Of a DNA stretch of 32,000 nucleotides, positions 9,538-19,349 are shown one piece after another. The DNA lies in assembly GCA_963807635.1 (NCBI GenBank), contig CAWEDJ010000069.1, forward strand, positions 1-32,000, given 5' to 3'. Below the pieces are notes generated by a model. The model was not told where the DNA came from. It made no database searches and saw only the letters and a list, made by a program, of their open reading frames with translations. Within the stretch, counting starts at the first letter, position 1. Each line of letters begins with the position of its first letter. This DNA is from an uncultured cyanobacterium. GTDB taxonomy: Bacteria; Cyanobacteriota; Cyanobacteriia; Cyanobacteriales; Microcystaceae. The position numbers and the translations under genes were made by a program.

Positions 9538-10818
9538 TTATTCACTTCGTAAAGCCACGATCGCGTCTAACTTGGCCGCATTACGAGCAGGAACAACGCC
9601 AGCAATTAATCCCACACTAACCGACATCCCCAAGCCCGCCACAATCGATAAAGGAGAAATAACGAGGGGAACTTTCATGATTTTGGTTCCCGTGATCGTA
9701 ATCCCAATACCAACAAAAATTCCAATCATACCACCAACACTAGAAACAACAACGGCTTCTGTGAGAAACTGAGTCAAAATCGCAAAATAACTGGCTCCTA
9801 ATGCTTTTCGTAACCCGATTTCTTTGGTTCTCTCCACAACGGAAACTAACATAATATTCGCAATGCCAATGCCCCCCACGACTAAAGAGATTCCTGCGAT
9901 CGCAACCAATAGTACGGTAAAAAGACTAATTATACTAGTAAAAGTATTGATCACATCGACTTGATTAATAATGCGAAAATCATCCAACTGGGGAGGATAA
10001 ATATTATGGCGCAGACGTAATAAATTAGTTACCTGAAATTGGGCCGCATCGATTTGCGTACTATCCTTTGCCGCAATCCAAAACCCAGAAATGGCAACCC
10101 CAGAAACCGCATTATTCCCCACAATTTGACTAGACATATTACTCAGGGGAATAAAGAGGCGATCGTCCTGATCCGTTGGCCCCACTGCTCCCTTGGGCGG
10201 CATCACTCCAATGACTCGATAAAGTTTATTTTGAATACGAATTTCAGCCCCGATCGCCGATTCTTTACCAAACAATTGATCTCGTACTTTAGTCCCTAAT
10301 ACTGCAACAGAGTTGGCATTATCTAAATCCGTTTGAGTAAAAAATTGTCCCTCCTGGGGATAGGCATCTTTAACATCAGGATAATTTAAATCCGTCCCCA
10401 AAAGAGTCGTTGCAATATTTTGACCGTTATAGACGACTTGAATATTTCCCCGTTGTAAGAAAGCGGTGACTTTTCTCGCGGCGGTAACTTGACGGGCGGA
10501 GGCTTCGGCATCGGCGACGGTTAAGGTAGAAGCTGATCCCCCCCCCTGACTAATTCCCCCGCTACTAGCGGCTCCTGCTAAAACCAAAATCACATCGGAA
10601 CCCAGGGATTGAATCTGTTTTTCAGTCGCTTGTTTGACTCCCTGCCCGATGGAGGTAACCCCCACGACGGAGCTAATACCAATAATAATGCCCAACATCG
10701 TTAAACCCGTTCTGAGTTTATTACTCCAGAGTGAATTCACTGCCATTGTTAGAACTTCAGTGACCAAGGAGCTTTTCGTGAAAGATTCAGGCAAAAATTC
10801 TTTTTTATTTTTCTTCAT
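9538..10818 (-). CDS. MacB/FtsX-type ABC transporter permease
   Basis: An N-terminal TM (LRTGLTMLGIIIGISSVV) is followed by a large extracytoplasmic domain and a C-terminal FtsX-like 3-TM block (KEIGLRKALGA...). The ORF is open to 10875, but the ATG at 10818 (MKKNKK) is the more plausible start. Confidence 0.75.
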   Translation of the reverse strand: MKKNKKEFLPESFTKSSLVTEVLTMAVNSLWSNKLRTGLTMLGIIIGISSVVGVTSIGQGVKQATEKQIQSLGSDVILVLAGAASSGGISQGGGSASTLTVADAEASARQVTAARKVTAFLQRGNIQVVYNGQNIATTLLGTDLNYPDVKDAYPQEGQFFTQTDLDNANSVAVLGTKVRDQLFGKESAIGAEIRIQNKLYRVIGVMPPKGAVGPTDQDDRLFIPLSNMSSQIVGNNAVSGVAISGFWIAAKDSTQIDAAQFQVTNLLRLRHNIYPPQLDDFRIINQVDVINTFTSIISLFTVLLVAIAGISLVVGGIGIANIMLVSVVERTKEIGLRKALGASYFAILTQFLTEAVVVSSVGGMIGIFVGIGITITGTKIMKVPLVISPLSIVAGLGMSVSVGLIAGVVPARNAAKLDAIVALRSE

Positions 10819-10890
10819 GTCTAAATTGAGGAACAGGATTTTTGGAATCAGGGATAAGCACCAGACCGTAGCCATAGCTTCTGTTCCAAT

Positions 10891-11677
10891 CTAACGCTTC
10901 GTTCTCACCGTGACTTTTTGAGGTTGATGCTCTAACTTAACATGACGCTTCAAAAAACTGATCTCCGCAGGTTTGAGCGAACGATATTGTCCACTCACTA
11001 AGCGATCCTGGGGAAGATTCAGTTTAATCTCACCGATCGCCCGTCGATGGAGTTTTAAAACTTCAAAGCCAAACTCTTCAGCAATACGGCGAATTTGTCG
11101 GTTTCTGCCCTCGGTTAGGGTAATTTCCAGACAAGTGCGAGTGCGGTCATAATCCACGATTTCGACTTTAGCGGGTAGGGTTTTTTTATCATCCAGCAGA
11201 ATGCCCTGTTCCCATTGCTCTAACTGCTTTTCCGTTGGATGCCCCGATACCCAGACATCATAGGTTTTCGGCAAATGATAGCGGGGATGGGTCAATCGCA
11301 AAGTTAGTTCGCCATCGTTGGTCAACAGCAACGCCCCCGTAGAATGGCGATCGAGTCTGCCAACGGGATGAATCCCCTTACCTTCTCGGAGATGGGGTGG
11401 CAATAAATCTAAGACGGTTTTGCGCTGGGCCTGGTCTTGGCAAGTTGAAATCACGTCATTAGGTTTATTAAGCAACAGATAAACAAATTTGGGACGATCT
11501 CAGCGGCTCAATCCTTTTACCATCTACCTCTAGGCGATCGCGACTGGGATCGGCCTTATCTCCTAATTTGACCACTTTGCCATTTAAACGGACTCTACCC
11601 TCTAAAATTAATTCTTCTGCATGGCGACGGGAAGCTACTCCCCATTGCGATAAAATCTTTTGAATACGTTCGGACAT
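10891..11677 (-). pseudogene. RsuA/RluB-family pseudouridine synthase, frameshifted as assembled
   Basis: ORF 11468..11677 is the S4 domain ([30 protein letters not shown]). ORF 10891..11475 is the catalytic domain ([17 protein letters not shown]). The expected bridge [12 protein letters not shown] lies in the second frame, with the break at about 11494-11504. Confidence 0.8.
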
Positions 11678-11924
11678 GAATTTTCAGACTCCATTGTTAA
11701 TCAAAAAAAGAAAACATTGCCACTAAACGATGAAATCATTTGTGGGGTTACAAATCGTCTTTTAGATCCCTTGGGCGTGATCAATGAATTCTGTTAATCT
11801 CCCTAACCTTTTACTATACAAGAGTTTTGAATATTTAGTCAGCTATACGCAAGTAAAATAAGACTTTTAATCTATGAATAATGATTTTTAATCATCAGTT
11901 TCTCAAAAAAAAAGGTAATCATTT

Positions 11925-12077
11925 ATGAAACTTTTTACCGCGATCGTTGAAAAGGATATAGATACGAATCTCTATGTCGGTTATGTAGTTGGAGAAGCTT
12001 TAATGAGAGCGATCGCCGAAGGTCTTGATGGTGAAAATGCTAGTCGTGAAGAAATTTTTACTGTATTATCTGAGTAA
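11925..12077 (+). pseudogene. Possible truncated HicB/UPF0150-like antitoxin remnant (50 aa)
   Basis: MKLFTAIVEKDIDTNLYVGYV matches the usual N-terminus of cyanobacterial HicB-family antitoxins. The sequence then diverges and lacks the PG...QGET core. It is not in the ORF track because it is under 60 aa. Confidence 0.35.
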
Positions 12078-12135
12078 TCCCTAAAAAACTGTAGGGACGT
12101 AAGGCTTACGCCCAAACCTAGCAAGGAGTTAGAGC

Positions 12136-12495
12136 ATGGAACCGTTGACGCTATTGGCTACAGGAGCCACGATTATTTTGACGGGAGCGTTGACCCGTTT
12201 GGGGGAGCTTTCTTTGGATGGTTCGGTTGAAAAACTGAAAAATTTAATTGCGGCGAAGTCTCCTGATACGTTGAAAAAGTTGCAATCTGCTAATCAAAAT
12301 CCTGCTTTGTTACCTGAAACGATTGAGGCAGTGGCGACTTTACTGGAAGATCCAGAGATGCAAAAAGTTGCGGAACAAGTGGTTAAGGAAAATGAATCTA
12401 ATTCTTACGTTATTAATCAATTTTCTGCTTTAGAAAAAATTCTCAATTTTGCTAATCGGGATATTAATATTGAGGAACAGAATATTACCTTTTGA
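12136..12495 (+). CDS. 119-aa unrecognised helical N-terminal domain of the STAND locus, terminated by an in-frame TGA
   Basis: AAGGAG at 12123-12128 lies 7 nt before ATG 12136. The product has a hydrophobic first helix (EPLTLLATGATIILTGALTRL) and then charged helices. TGA at 12493-12495 is in the same frame as the NB-ARC ORF. Confidence 0.5.
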   Translation: MEPLTLLATGATIILTGALTRLGELSLDGSVEKLKNLIAAKSPDTLKKLQSANQNPALLPETIEAVATLLEDPEMQKVAEQVVKENESNSYVINQFSALEKILNFANRDINIEEQNITF

Positions 12496-13404
12496 CTACA
12501 GCCGCCTGTTCAGGAGCAGGTTAAACAAAACCTTCACAATTTACCGAATAGTGGTGTCGCGCAATTTGTGGGACGTGATGATGTTTTAACGCAATTAGAT
12601 CAGCAATTACAGCAAGCTGATCGCGTGGCGATTTCCACTTTGACGGGCATGGGTGGCATTGGGAAGTCGGAGTTGGCTTTGCAGTACGCGTGGCAGGAAT
12701 GGAATAAAAAAACTTATTTGGGGGGAATTGCCGGGTTAACGGTGGCGGATGGTGATCCTGGGTTAAGTCTTTTAAGTTTTGCTCAGTTGCATTTAGGGTT
12801 AACGTTACCGACGGAAGGAGAATTAAGCGATCGGGTTCGTTTTGTTTGGCAACATTGGTTTAAGAATGAACAGGATCAAGGGTTAATTATTTTTGATGAT
12901 GTGCGGAATTATCAACAAATTAAAGCCTATTTACCGCCTCAACCAGAAAAACGCTTTAAGGTCATTATTACAACCCGCAATAAAAATTTATCAGCGACGA
13001 TTCAGACGTTACATTTAGAGCTTTTAGATCAGGAGCCAGCCTTAGATTTATTGCGTTCCTATGTGACGGATGGACGTATTGATCAACAGTTAGAACAAGC
13101 AAAATTACTCTGTCGAGATCTGGGTTATTTACCCTTAGCCTTGGAATTGGTAGCGCGATTATTAAGGCGACGGAAAAATTGGACAATTCAATCTATTCGA
13201 GAACGGTTAGCAGAAAAGGGATTAGCGGATCAAAGTTTAGTTATCAACCCGAAGTTTGATTCAGAAATGACCGCGTTCAATTCAGAAATTACCGCAGAAC
13301 AGGGAGTTAAAGCGGCTTTTGATTTGAGTTGGGAAGCATTAGATAGCAATGCTCAACAGTTGGCCGATGTATTTGAGCTTGTTTGCCCTCGCTCCCTTTT
13401 CTAA
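12496..13404 (+). pseudogene. NB-ARC (STAND) NTPase module
   Basis: Motifs present: FVGRDDVL, P-loop GMGGIGKSELA, Walker B LIIFDDV, IITTRN and GYLPLALELVA (GLPL motif). Conserved sequence begins upstream of the first in-frame start (GTG 12568). The frame shifts at 13362-13365 into the TPR ORF. Confidence 0.8.
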
Positions 13405-15103
13405 ATTTTTAATTGATGCGTTAGTTACTGAGCAAGATCCTGATGACTTGGAGGAGTGGTTGACAGATAGTTTGGTTAATCTCAATTTAGTTAGCGATCT
13501 GGGAGATGATTGGTATGAATTGCATACGTTGATTCGGGTTTATCTTAGGGAAAAATTAGAAGACTCGCCGTTAAAAGAGGAAGCAAAACGCGCCTATGGT
13601 CGGGTGATGGTCAGTATTGCTCAAACGATTAAGCAGACTTTGACGTTAGCAGATATTGCTAATCTAGAGCCGTATATTGAGCATTTAAAAGTAGCGGCTG
13701 AGGAGTTTCATCAATGGTTAGAAGGAGAAGATTTAACCTGGCCTTTTGTGGGTTTAGGTCGTTTTTATGAAGCCCAGGGACTTTATCAGCAAGCAGTTCC
13801 CTATTTTGAACGCTGTTTAACCTTGAGTGAAGAACGTTTCGGGCGAAAACATCCAAAAGTGGCAACCAGTCTCAACAATCTGGCGAATCTTTATGAGTCC
13901 CAAGGGAAATACCCAAAAGCCGAACCTCTCTATCGGCGATCGCTGGCGATTGGGGAAAAGCAATTAGGAGAAAATCATCCTCAAGTGGCAACCAGTCTCA
14001 ACAATCTGGCGGGTCTTTATGAATCTCAAGGGAAATACGCAGAAGCCGAACCTCTCTATCGGCGATCGCTGGCGATTAGGGAAAAGCAATTAGGAGAAAA
14101 TCATCCTCAAGTGGCAACCAGTCTCAACAATCTGGCGGGTCTTTATGAATCTCAAGGGAAATACGCAGAAGCCGAACCTCTCTATCGGCGATCGCTGGCG
14201 ATTAGGGAAAAGCAATTAGGAGAAAATCATCCTCAAGTGGCAACCAGTCTCAACAATCTGGCGGGTCTTTATAAGTCCCAAGGGAAATACGCAGAAGCCG
14301 AACCTCTTATGGCGCGATCGCTGGCGATTTGGGAAAAGCAATTAGGAGAAAATCATCCTGATGTGGCAACCAGTCTCAATAATCTGGCGGCTCTTTATAA
14401 GTCCCAAGGGAAATACGCAGAAGCCGAACCTCTCTATGGGCGATCGCTGGCGATTTGGGAAAAGCAATTAGGAGAAAATCATCCTGATGTGGCAACCAGT
14501 CTCAACAATCTGGCGGCTCTTTATGAGTCCCAAGGGAAATACGCAGAAGCCGAACCTCTCTATCGGCGATCGCTGGCGATTTTGGAAAAGCAATTAGGAG
14601 AAAATCATCCTCAAGTGGCAACCAGTCTCAACAATCTGGCGGCTCTTTATGAGTCCCAAGGGAAATACGCAGAAGCCGAACCTCTTATGGCGCGATCGCT
14701 GGCGATTTTGGAAAAGCAATTAGGAGAAAATCATCCTCAAGTGGCAACCAGTCTCAACAATCTGGCGGCTCTTTATGAGTCCCAAGGGAAATACGCAGAA
14801 GCCGAACCTCTTATGGCGCGATCGCTGGCGATTAGGGAAAAGCAATTAGGAGAAAATCATCCTGATGTGGCAACCAGTCTCAACAATCTGGCGGCTCTTT
14901 ATTATGCTCAAGAGAAATATGAAGAAGCCGAACCGCTTTACCAAAGAGCGATTGCCATTTTCTCAGAAAAATTAGGCGAAAATCACCCCAACACGCAAAC
15001 AGTAATCATGAATTATTATCTGATGCTTTCCCAACTTCCCGACGAAGAATTAAACCAACGCTTTGACCCCGAAACGGTGGAAATGTTGCATAACCTACGA
15101 TAA
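13349..15103 (+). CDS. TPR (TPR_12 / kinesin-light-chain-like) sensor arm of the STAND NTPase
   Basis: About ten 42-aa units of the form HP.VATSLNNLA.LYESQGKYAEAEPLY.RSLAI.EKQLGEN. The true N-terminus joins to the NB-ARC ORF (...NAQQLA / MYLSLFALAPF). Confidence 0.85.
   Translation: MLNSWPMYLSLFALAPFSKFLIDALVTEQDPDDLEEWLTDSLVNLNLVSDLGDDWYELHTLIRVYLREKLEDSPLKEEAKRAYGRVMVSIAQTIKQTLTLADIANLEPYIEHLKVAAEEFHQWLEGEDLTWPFVGLGRFYEAQGLYQQAVPYFERCLTLSEERFGRKHPKVATSLNNLANLYESQGKYPKAEPLYRRSLAIGEKQLGENHPQVATSLNNLAGLYESQGKYAEAEPLYRRSLAIREKQLGENHPQVATSLNNLAGLYESQGKYAEAEPLYRRSLAIREKQLGENHPQVATSLNNLAGLYKSQGKYAEAEPLMARSLAIWEKQLGENHPDVATSLNNLAALYKSQGKYAEAEPLYGRSLAIWEKQLGENHPDVATSLNNLAALYESQGKYAEAEPLYRRSLAILEKQLGENHPQVATSLNNLAALYESQGKYAEAEPLMARSLAILEKQLGENHPQVATSLNNLAALYESQGKYAEAEPLMARSLAIREKQLGENHPDVATSLNNLAALYYAQEKYEEAEPLYQRAIAIFSEKLGENHPNTQTVIMNYYLMLSQLPDEELNQRFDPETVEMLHNLR
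13850..14983. repeat. Nine tandem 126-bp coding repeats (TPR units)
   Basis: The unit-start codon cat recurs at 13850, 13976, 14102, 14228, 14354, 14480, 14606, 14732 and 14858. Units 13976-14101 and 14102-14227 encode identical peptides. Confidence 0.9.
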
Positions 15104-15108
15104 GCATT

Positions 15109-15212
15109 GTAGGGGCTTGGTCTCCAAGTCCAATCATTTAAAGGTTGAGAAACCCATAATTCAAGAATTTGTTAACCATTAAAGTTAAAGGATTTGGAAA
15201 CCAAACCCCTAC
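15109..15212. repeat. MITE-like element or long hairpin: 23-nt imperfect inverted repeats around a ~58-nt spacer
   Basis: GTAGGGGCTTGGTCTCCAAGTCC (15109-15131) pairs with the reverse complement of GGATTTGGAAACCAAACCCCTAC (15190-15212), with three transition mismatches. It starts 6 nt after the STAND stop codon. Confidence 0.45.
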
Positions 15213-15322
15213 TATTACGTCGATTTACATTATTTTAAAATTAATCAAGGCCACTTCTTTAGCTTACATTAGTTTAAATGACTAGAAATGATTAGTTTGG
15301 CTTCTCCCAACTTCACTATTTT

Positions 15323-16039
15323 ATGACCCAAAATCAGCCCAGTAAACTTATTAGCAAAATTCTTTCCCCCGCTCTACGGCTTTGGTTGCGATCGCAGGTC
15401 GAACACGCCGAACAACTAGACATCCAGATCGAAGGACAAGACCGCCAACTGTTGCGGGGTCACGTTCCCCAGATTTATTTGACCAGTCAACGGGCGATTT
15501 ACCAAGGACTCCAATTAGGAAAAGTTTTACTCAAGGGTGAAAATATCCGCGTCAATATTGGTCAGGTGATCAAAGGAAAGCCCCTCGAACTGCTTGAACC
15601 GATTCAAGTCAGTGGAGAAGTTCAGTTAGCCGAGACAGATTTACAAGCTTCCCTCACTTCCCAGATTTTAGCCAATGCCTTCACCGAATTACTGCTTGCC
15701 CTGCTGGAACTCAAGGGTGTTGCTAATGCCACCGACTTTTTAGCTCCCTACCAAATTCATTGGAACGCGATCGCCTTGTGTCCTGATGCTTTTGGCTTAA
15801 AAGGAACCCTTTCACAAAAAAATGAAAAAAATATTCCCCTAGAAATTCGGGCAAAATTAACGCTTCTCAATCCTCAAACCCTCCATCTCCAGGAAATTGA
15901 AATAACAGGATTCCCTGGGCTGGGTGAAAATGAGACCAACAACTTTCCCGTCGATTTAGGGACTGATGTGGAAATTGAATCCCTCAAACTGAGTCAAGGA
16001 GAACTATCCTGCCTGGGACGGTTACTGATTCGCCCCTAA
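15323..16039 (+). CDS. DUF2993-like (LmeA-type) protein
   Basis: 238-aa ORF. LSPALRLWLRSQVEHAEQLDIQIEG.DRQLL.G..P and the GENIRVNIGQVIKGKPL block resemble cyanobacterial DUF2993 proteins from memory. Confidence 0.5.
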   Translation: MTQNQPSKLISKILSPALRLWLRSQVEHAEQLDIQIEGQDRQLLRGHVPQIYLTSQRAIYQGLQLGKVLLKGENIRVNIGQVIKGKPLELLEPIQVSGEVQLAETDLQASLTSQILANAFTELLLALLELKGVANATDFLAPYQIHWNAIALCPDAFGLKGTLSQKNEKNIPLEIRAKLTLLNPQTLHLQEIEITGFPGLGENETNNFPVDLGTDVEIESLKLSQGELSCLGRLLIRP

Positions 16040-16040
16040 T

Positions 16041-16769
16041 TTAGGAATCCGCAGGCACTTCGGGAGTTGTTTCGGTGGGAGTATCAACGCTAATGGCCGC
16101 TTGAGCCTTCTTTTCCCGTTTTTTTCGTTCTGCTTCCATTGCCTCATCCAAGACCTTGAGCAATTGATCTGCCTTATCCAGATTATTACGGTACAACTCC
16201 AGATCTTTTTGTAATTTCTCGCTGGACAGGTTCAATGCTCCCGATAGCTGGGCAAGGACTTGATTTCGTTTTTCCTCTTCTTTGAGTGCGTCAGGATCAA
16301 CCGTATTGAGAATCGTATAAAGTCCGATCGCAAATAAACGACTATATTTAAAATTAGAATTCTGGTGAATATTGACCAACGTTTGCAGAAAATAGTTATC
16401 TCCTGCTGATTCTGGGGTCAAGTTAGCAACTTTCTCCATCAGATCAGAAACCGCGATCGCCTGGGAAGAAGCCAGTATATCTTGGGCATTTTGGCGATAG
16501 TGATGGGGATCGGCAGAAACAGAGCGACAAACCGCATTAAAAATCGAGCTTTTATCTTCTTCAGGGCGATATCCCTGCATAAACCGATCAAAGGAGGTAA
16601 CAACCCCCAATGCAAAAATCGGATCATAGCGAAAATCCACGTTAACCGTGAATAAATGCATTTCAACCATTAATTCTTCCACAAAACGCCGATAAATCGA
16701 ATTTATAGGACGATGATGATGGACATGGAACTCACGTTTGGTCTCGGAAACGGTACGAATTTTAGCCAC
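16041..16769 (-). CDS. thf1: Thylakoid formation protein Thf1 / Psb29
   Basis: RTVSETKREF....HRPINSIYRRFVEELMVEMHL..VNVDFRYDPIFALGVVTSFDRFMQGY.PEED and the C-terminal DLELYRNNLDK match Thf1. The ORF is open to 16856, but GTG at 16769 (MAKIRTVSETKR) fits ortholog length. Confidence 0.8.
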   Translation of the reverse strand: MAKIRTVSETKREFHVHHHRPINSIYRRFVEELMVEMHLFTVNVDFRYDPIFALGVVTSFDRFMQGYRPEEDKSSIFNAVCRSVSADPHHYRQNAQDILASSQAIAVSDLMEKVANLTPESAGDNYFLQTLVNIHQNSNFKYSRLFAIGLYTILNTVDPDALKEEEKRNQVLAQLSGALNLSSEKLQKDLELYRNNLDKADQLLKVLDEAMEAERKKREKKAQAAISVDTPTETTPEVPADS

Positions 16770-16907
16770 AAATCTAACTTTACAAATAGTAATATAATTC
16801 TCATTCTCCCTTGTAAAGTCCACTTTGCCAAGCCTAAAAACCGAAAAGCAGTTCAAAGCAGAAACGGCGGGCTGTTGTTTTTTTATGCTAAAGTGATGGG
16901 ATATAAG

Positions 16908-16979
16908 GGGTTACTAGCTCAACGGTAGAGCACTGGACTCTTAATCCATTGGTTCAGGGTTCAAATCCCTGGTGACCCA
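16908..16979 (+). tRNA. tRNA-Lys (anticodon CUU)
   Basis: GGGTTACTAGCTCAACGGTAGAGCACTGGACTCTTAATCCATTGGTTCAGGGTTCAAATCCCTGGTGACCCA forms a cloverleaf with a CT-CTT-AA anticodon loop. There is one mismatch at the top of the anticodon stem. Confidence 0.85.
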
Positions 16980-17088
16980 TCCCTCCTTTTTTCCTGTAAA
17001 AATCCCGAATTGCGCTCAAAGAATCGTTAAGAATTACGAAAAAGGCATATTTACCAAGAAGTTTTATTATTACTCTAGGAAAATCATC

Positions 17089-19338
17089 ATGGATAATCTC
17101 ATCCTGCAATTACGGGGAATGAGTTGCGCTTCCTGTGCTTCCACCGTCGAAAAAGTGATTCAAGCGGTACCTGGTGTGATCGAGTGCCAGGTTAATTTCG
17201 GGGCGGAACAAGCCACTGTTCACTATAATCCCCAACAAACGGGACTAGAACAGATTCAATCAGCAGTCGCCAAGGCGGGTTATCAGGCATCCGTTCTTCA
17301 GGAAATTGGGGAAGAAGATGAAGAAAAGGCTTTTCGGCAAGCGGAATTAAGGGATCTAAAACGGAAAATCTGGGTGGGTGGAATTATTAGTGTTCTTTTG
17401 ATGTCGGCCATGATTCCAGGCATTTTTGGCTTAGATTTGCCCTTGATTTCTGTTGGGTTAGGGAATCCCTGGGTGCAATTAATTTTAACGACTCCTGTGA
17501 TGTTTTGGTGTGGACGTTCCTTTTTTCTCGGCGGAGGTAAAGCTTTTAAACGTCATACCGCAACGATGGATACCTTAATCGCTTTGGGAACGGGAGTTGC
17601 TTATCTTTATTCCCTATTTGTCACTTTGTTTCCCCATTTTTTTGCAACGGAAGGCGTAATGCCCCATGTTTATTTTGAAATAGCGGCAACGGTCACAACC
17701 CTTATTTTGTTAGGAAGATTATTTGAAACTATTGCTAAAGGCGAAACTTCGGAAGCTATCCGTAAATTAATCGGTTTGGGGGCAAAAACGGCGCGAGTCA
17801 TTCGTAATAATCAGGAAGTTGATATTGCGATCGCAGAAGTTATTTTAGGCGACATTGTTTTAGTACGACCTGGGGAAAAAATTCCCGTAGATGGAGAAAT
17901 TGTCGAAGGCTCTTCCACGATTGATGAAGCAATGGTGACGGGAGAAAGTGTTCCTGTTAAAAAACAAACGGGCGATGAGGTGATTGGTGCAACGATTAAT
18001 CAGACGGGAAGTTTTAAATTTCGAGCGACTAGGGTGGGGAAAGATACGGTTTTAGCCCAAATTGTCAAAATGGTTCAACAAGCCCAGGGTTCTAAAGCTC
18101 CGATTCAGAAATTGGCGGATCAAGTGACTGCTTGGTTTGTGCCTGGGGTCATTGCGATCGCGATTTTAACCTTTATTATTTGGTTTAACGTTATGGGCAA
18201 TCTTACCCTGGCGATGATTACCACTGTAGGAGTTTTGATTATTGCCTGTCCCTGCGCGTTAGGCCTAGCAACACCGACTTCTATTTTGGTCGGAACGGGA
18301 AAAGGGGCAGAAAACGGTATTTTAATTAAAGGAGCCGATAGTTTAGAACTTGCCCATCAAATAAAAACCATCGTTTTGGATAAGACGGGAACCCTCACCC
18401 AGGGCAAACCGACGGTGACGGATTTTGTGACAATAAACGGGATTGCGGATAATAACGAACTGGATTTGCTCAGACTGGCGGCTTCTCTCGAAAAAAATTC
18501 GGAACATCCCCTAGCAGAAGCAGTGGTCAGATACGCCCAATCCCAACAGGTGAATTTTGCAGACGTTCAAGAATTTAATGCGATCGCGGGAAGTGGGGTG
18601 CAAGGAGTCGTAGAAGGTCAATTAGTGCAAATCGGGACTCAACGTTGGCTAGAGGAATTAGGGATTCCCACCCAAAAACTGGAAGATTATCAACAAACTT
18701 GGGAAAATACGAAAAAAACGGTCGTCTGGATCGCGATCGCTGGTCAAATTCAAGGGATTATGGGGATTGCAGATGCTCTTAAACCCACTTCCGTTGCAAC
18801 CGTCAAGGCTTTAAAAAAAATGGGTTTGGAAGTCGTGATGCTCACGGGAGACAACCAAGCCACTGCCGACGCGATCGCCCAGGAAGTCGGGATAGTCCGC
18901 GTTTTAGCCCAAGTCCGTCCTGAACAAAAAGCCGCTAAAATCCAAGCGTTACAAGCAGAAGGAAAAATTGTCGCGATGGTAGGGGATGGAATCAATGATG
19001 CGCCCGCCCTAGCCCAAGCGGATGTGGGGATTGCCATTGGAACGGGAACCGATGTAGCGATCGCGGCTTCGGATATTACGCTAATTTCGGGAGATTTACA
19101 GGGAATTGTGACTGCCATCCAACTCAGTCGTGCAACTATGCAAAATATCCGTCAAAATCTCTTCTTTGCCTATATCTATAATGTGGCGGGAATTCCCATT
19201 GCGGCGGGGGTTTTATTTCCCATTTTTGGTTGGTTACTAAGTCCGATTATTGCAGGGGGTGCAATCGCCTGTAGCTCTATTTCAGTGGTAACTAATGCGT
19301 TGCGTCTGCGGAAATTTCAGCCCAAAGTTATCATCTAA
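17089..19338 (+). CDS. Copper-translocating P1B-type ATPase (PacS/CtaA/CopA class)
   Basis: N-terminal HMA domain [11 protein letters not shown] motif [19 protein letters not shown] and GDGINDAP. The start is placed at ATG 17089 ([10 protein letters not shown]) because the longer ORF from 16972 overlaps tRNA-Lys. Confidence 0.9.
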   Translation: MDNLILQLRGMSCASCASTVEKVIQAVPGVIECQVNFGAEQATVHYNPQQTGLEQIQSAVAKAGYQASVLQEIGEEDEEKAFRQAELRDLKRKIWVGGIISVLLMSAMIPGIFGLDLPLISVGLGNPWVQLILTTPVMFWCGRSFFLGGGKAFKRHTATMDTLIALGTGVAYLYSLFVTLFPHFFATEGVMPHVYFEIAATVTTLILLGRLFETIAKGETSEAIRKLIGLGAKTARVIRNNQEVDIAIAEVILGDIVLVRPGEKIPVDGEIVEGSSTIDEAMVTGESVPVKKQTGDEVIGATINQTGSFKFRATRVGKDTVLAQIVKMVQQAQGSKAPIQKLADQVTAWFVPGVIAIAILTFIIWFNVMGNLTLAMITTVGVLIIACPCALGLATPTSILVGTGKGAENGILIKGADSLELAHQIKTIVLDKTGTLTQGKPTVTDFVTINGIADNNELDLLRLAASLEKNSEHPLAEAVVRYAQSQQVNFADVQEFNAIAGSGVQGVVEGQLVQIGTQRWLEELGIPTQKLEDYQQTWENTKKTVVWIAIAGQIQGIMGIADALKPTSVATVKALKKMGLEVVMLTGDNQATADAIAQEVGIVRVLAQVRPEQKAAKIQALQAEGKIVAMVGDGINDAPALAQADVGIAIGTGTDVAIAASDITLISGDLQGIVTAIQLSRATMQNIRQNLFFAYIYNVAGIPIAAGVLFPIFGWLLSPIIAGGAIACSSISVVTNALRLRKFQPKVII

Positions 19339-19349
19339 GGAGTGAATTG

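Noticed and set aside
9482-10894. Plus-strand ORFs 9482..9772, 10039..10299 and 10634..10894
   Set aside because: They are antisense to the MacB-type permease gene, whose TM and FtsX features are clear. They are Pro/Thr/Ile-rich shadow translations.
16972-17088. N-terminal extension of the copper ATPase ORF ([13 protein letters not shown]...)
   Set aside because: It starts inside tRNA-Lys (16908-16979). The conserved HMA domain begins right after ATG 17089.
18750-19118. 122-aa minus-strand ORF inside the ATPase gene
   Set aside because: It is an antisense shadow ORF in a relatively GC-rich, Ala/Gly-rich coding stretch, and the sense strand carries unmistakable P-type ATPase motifs.
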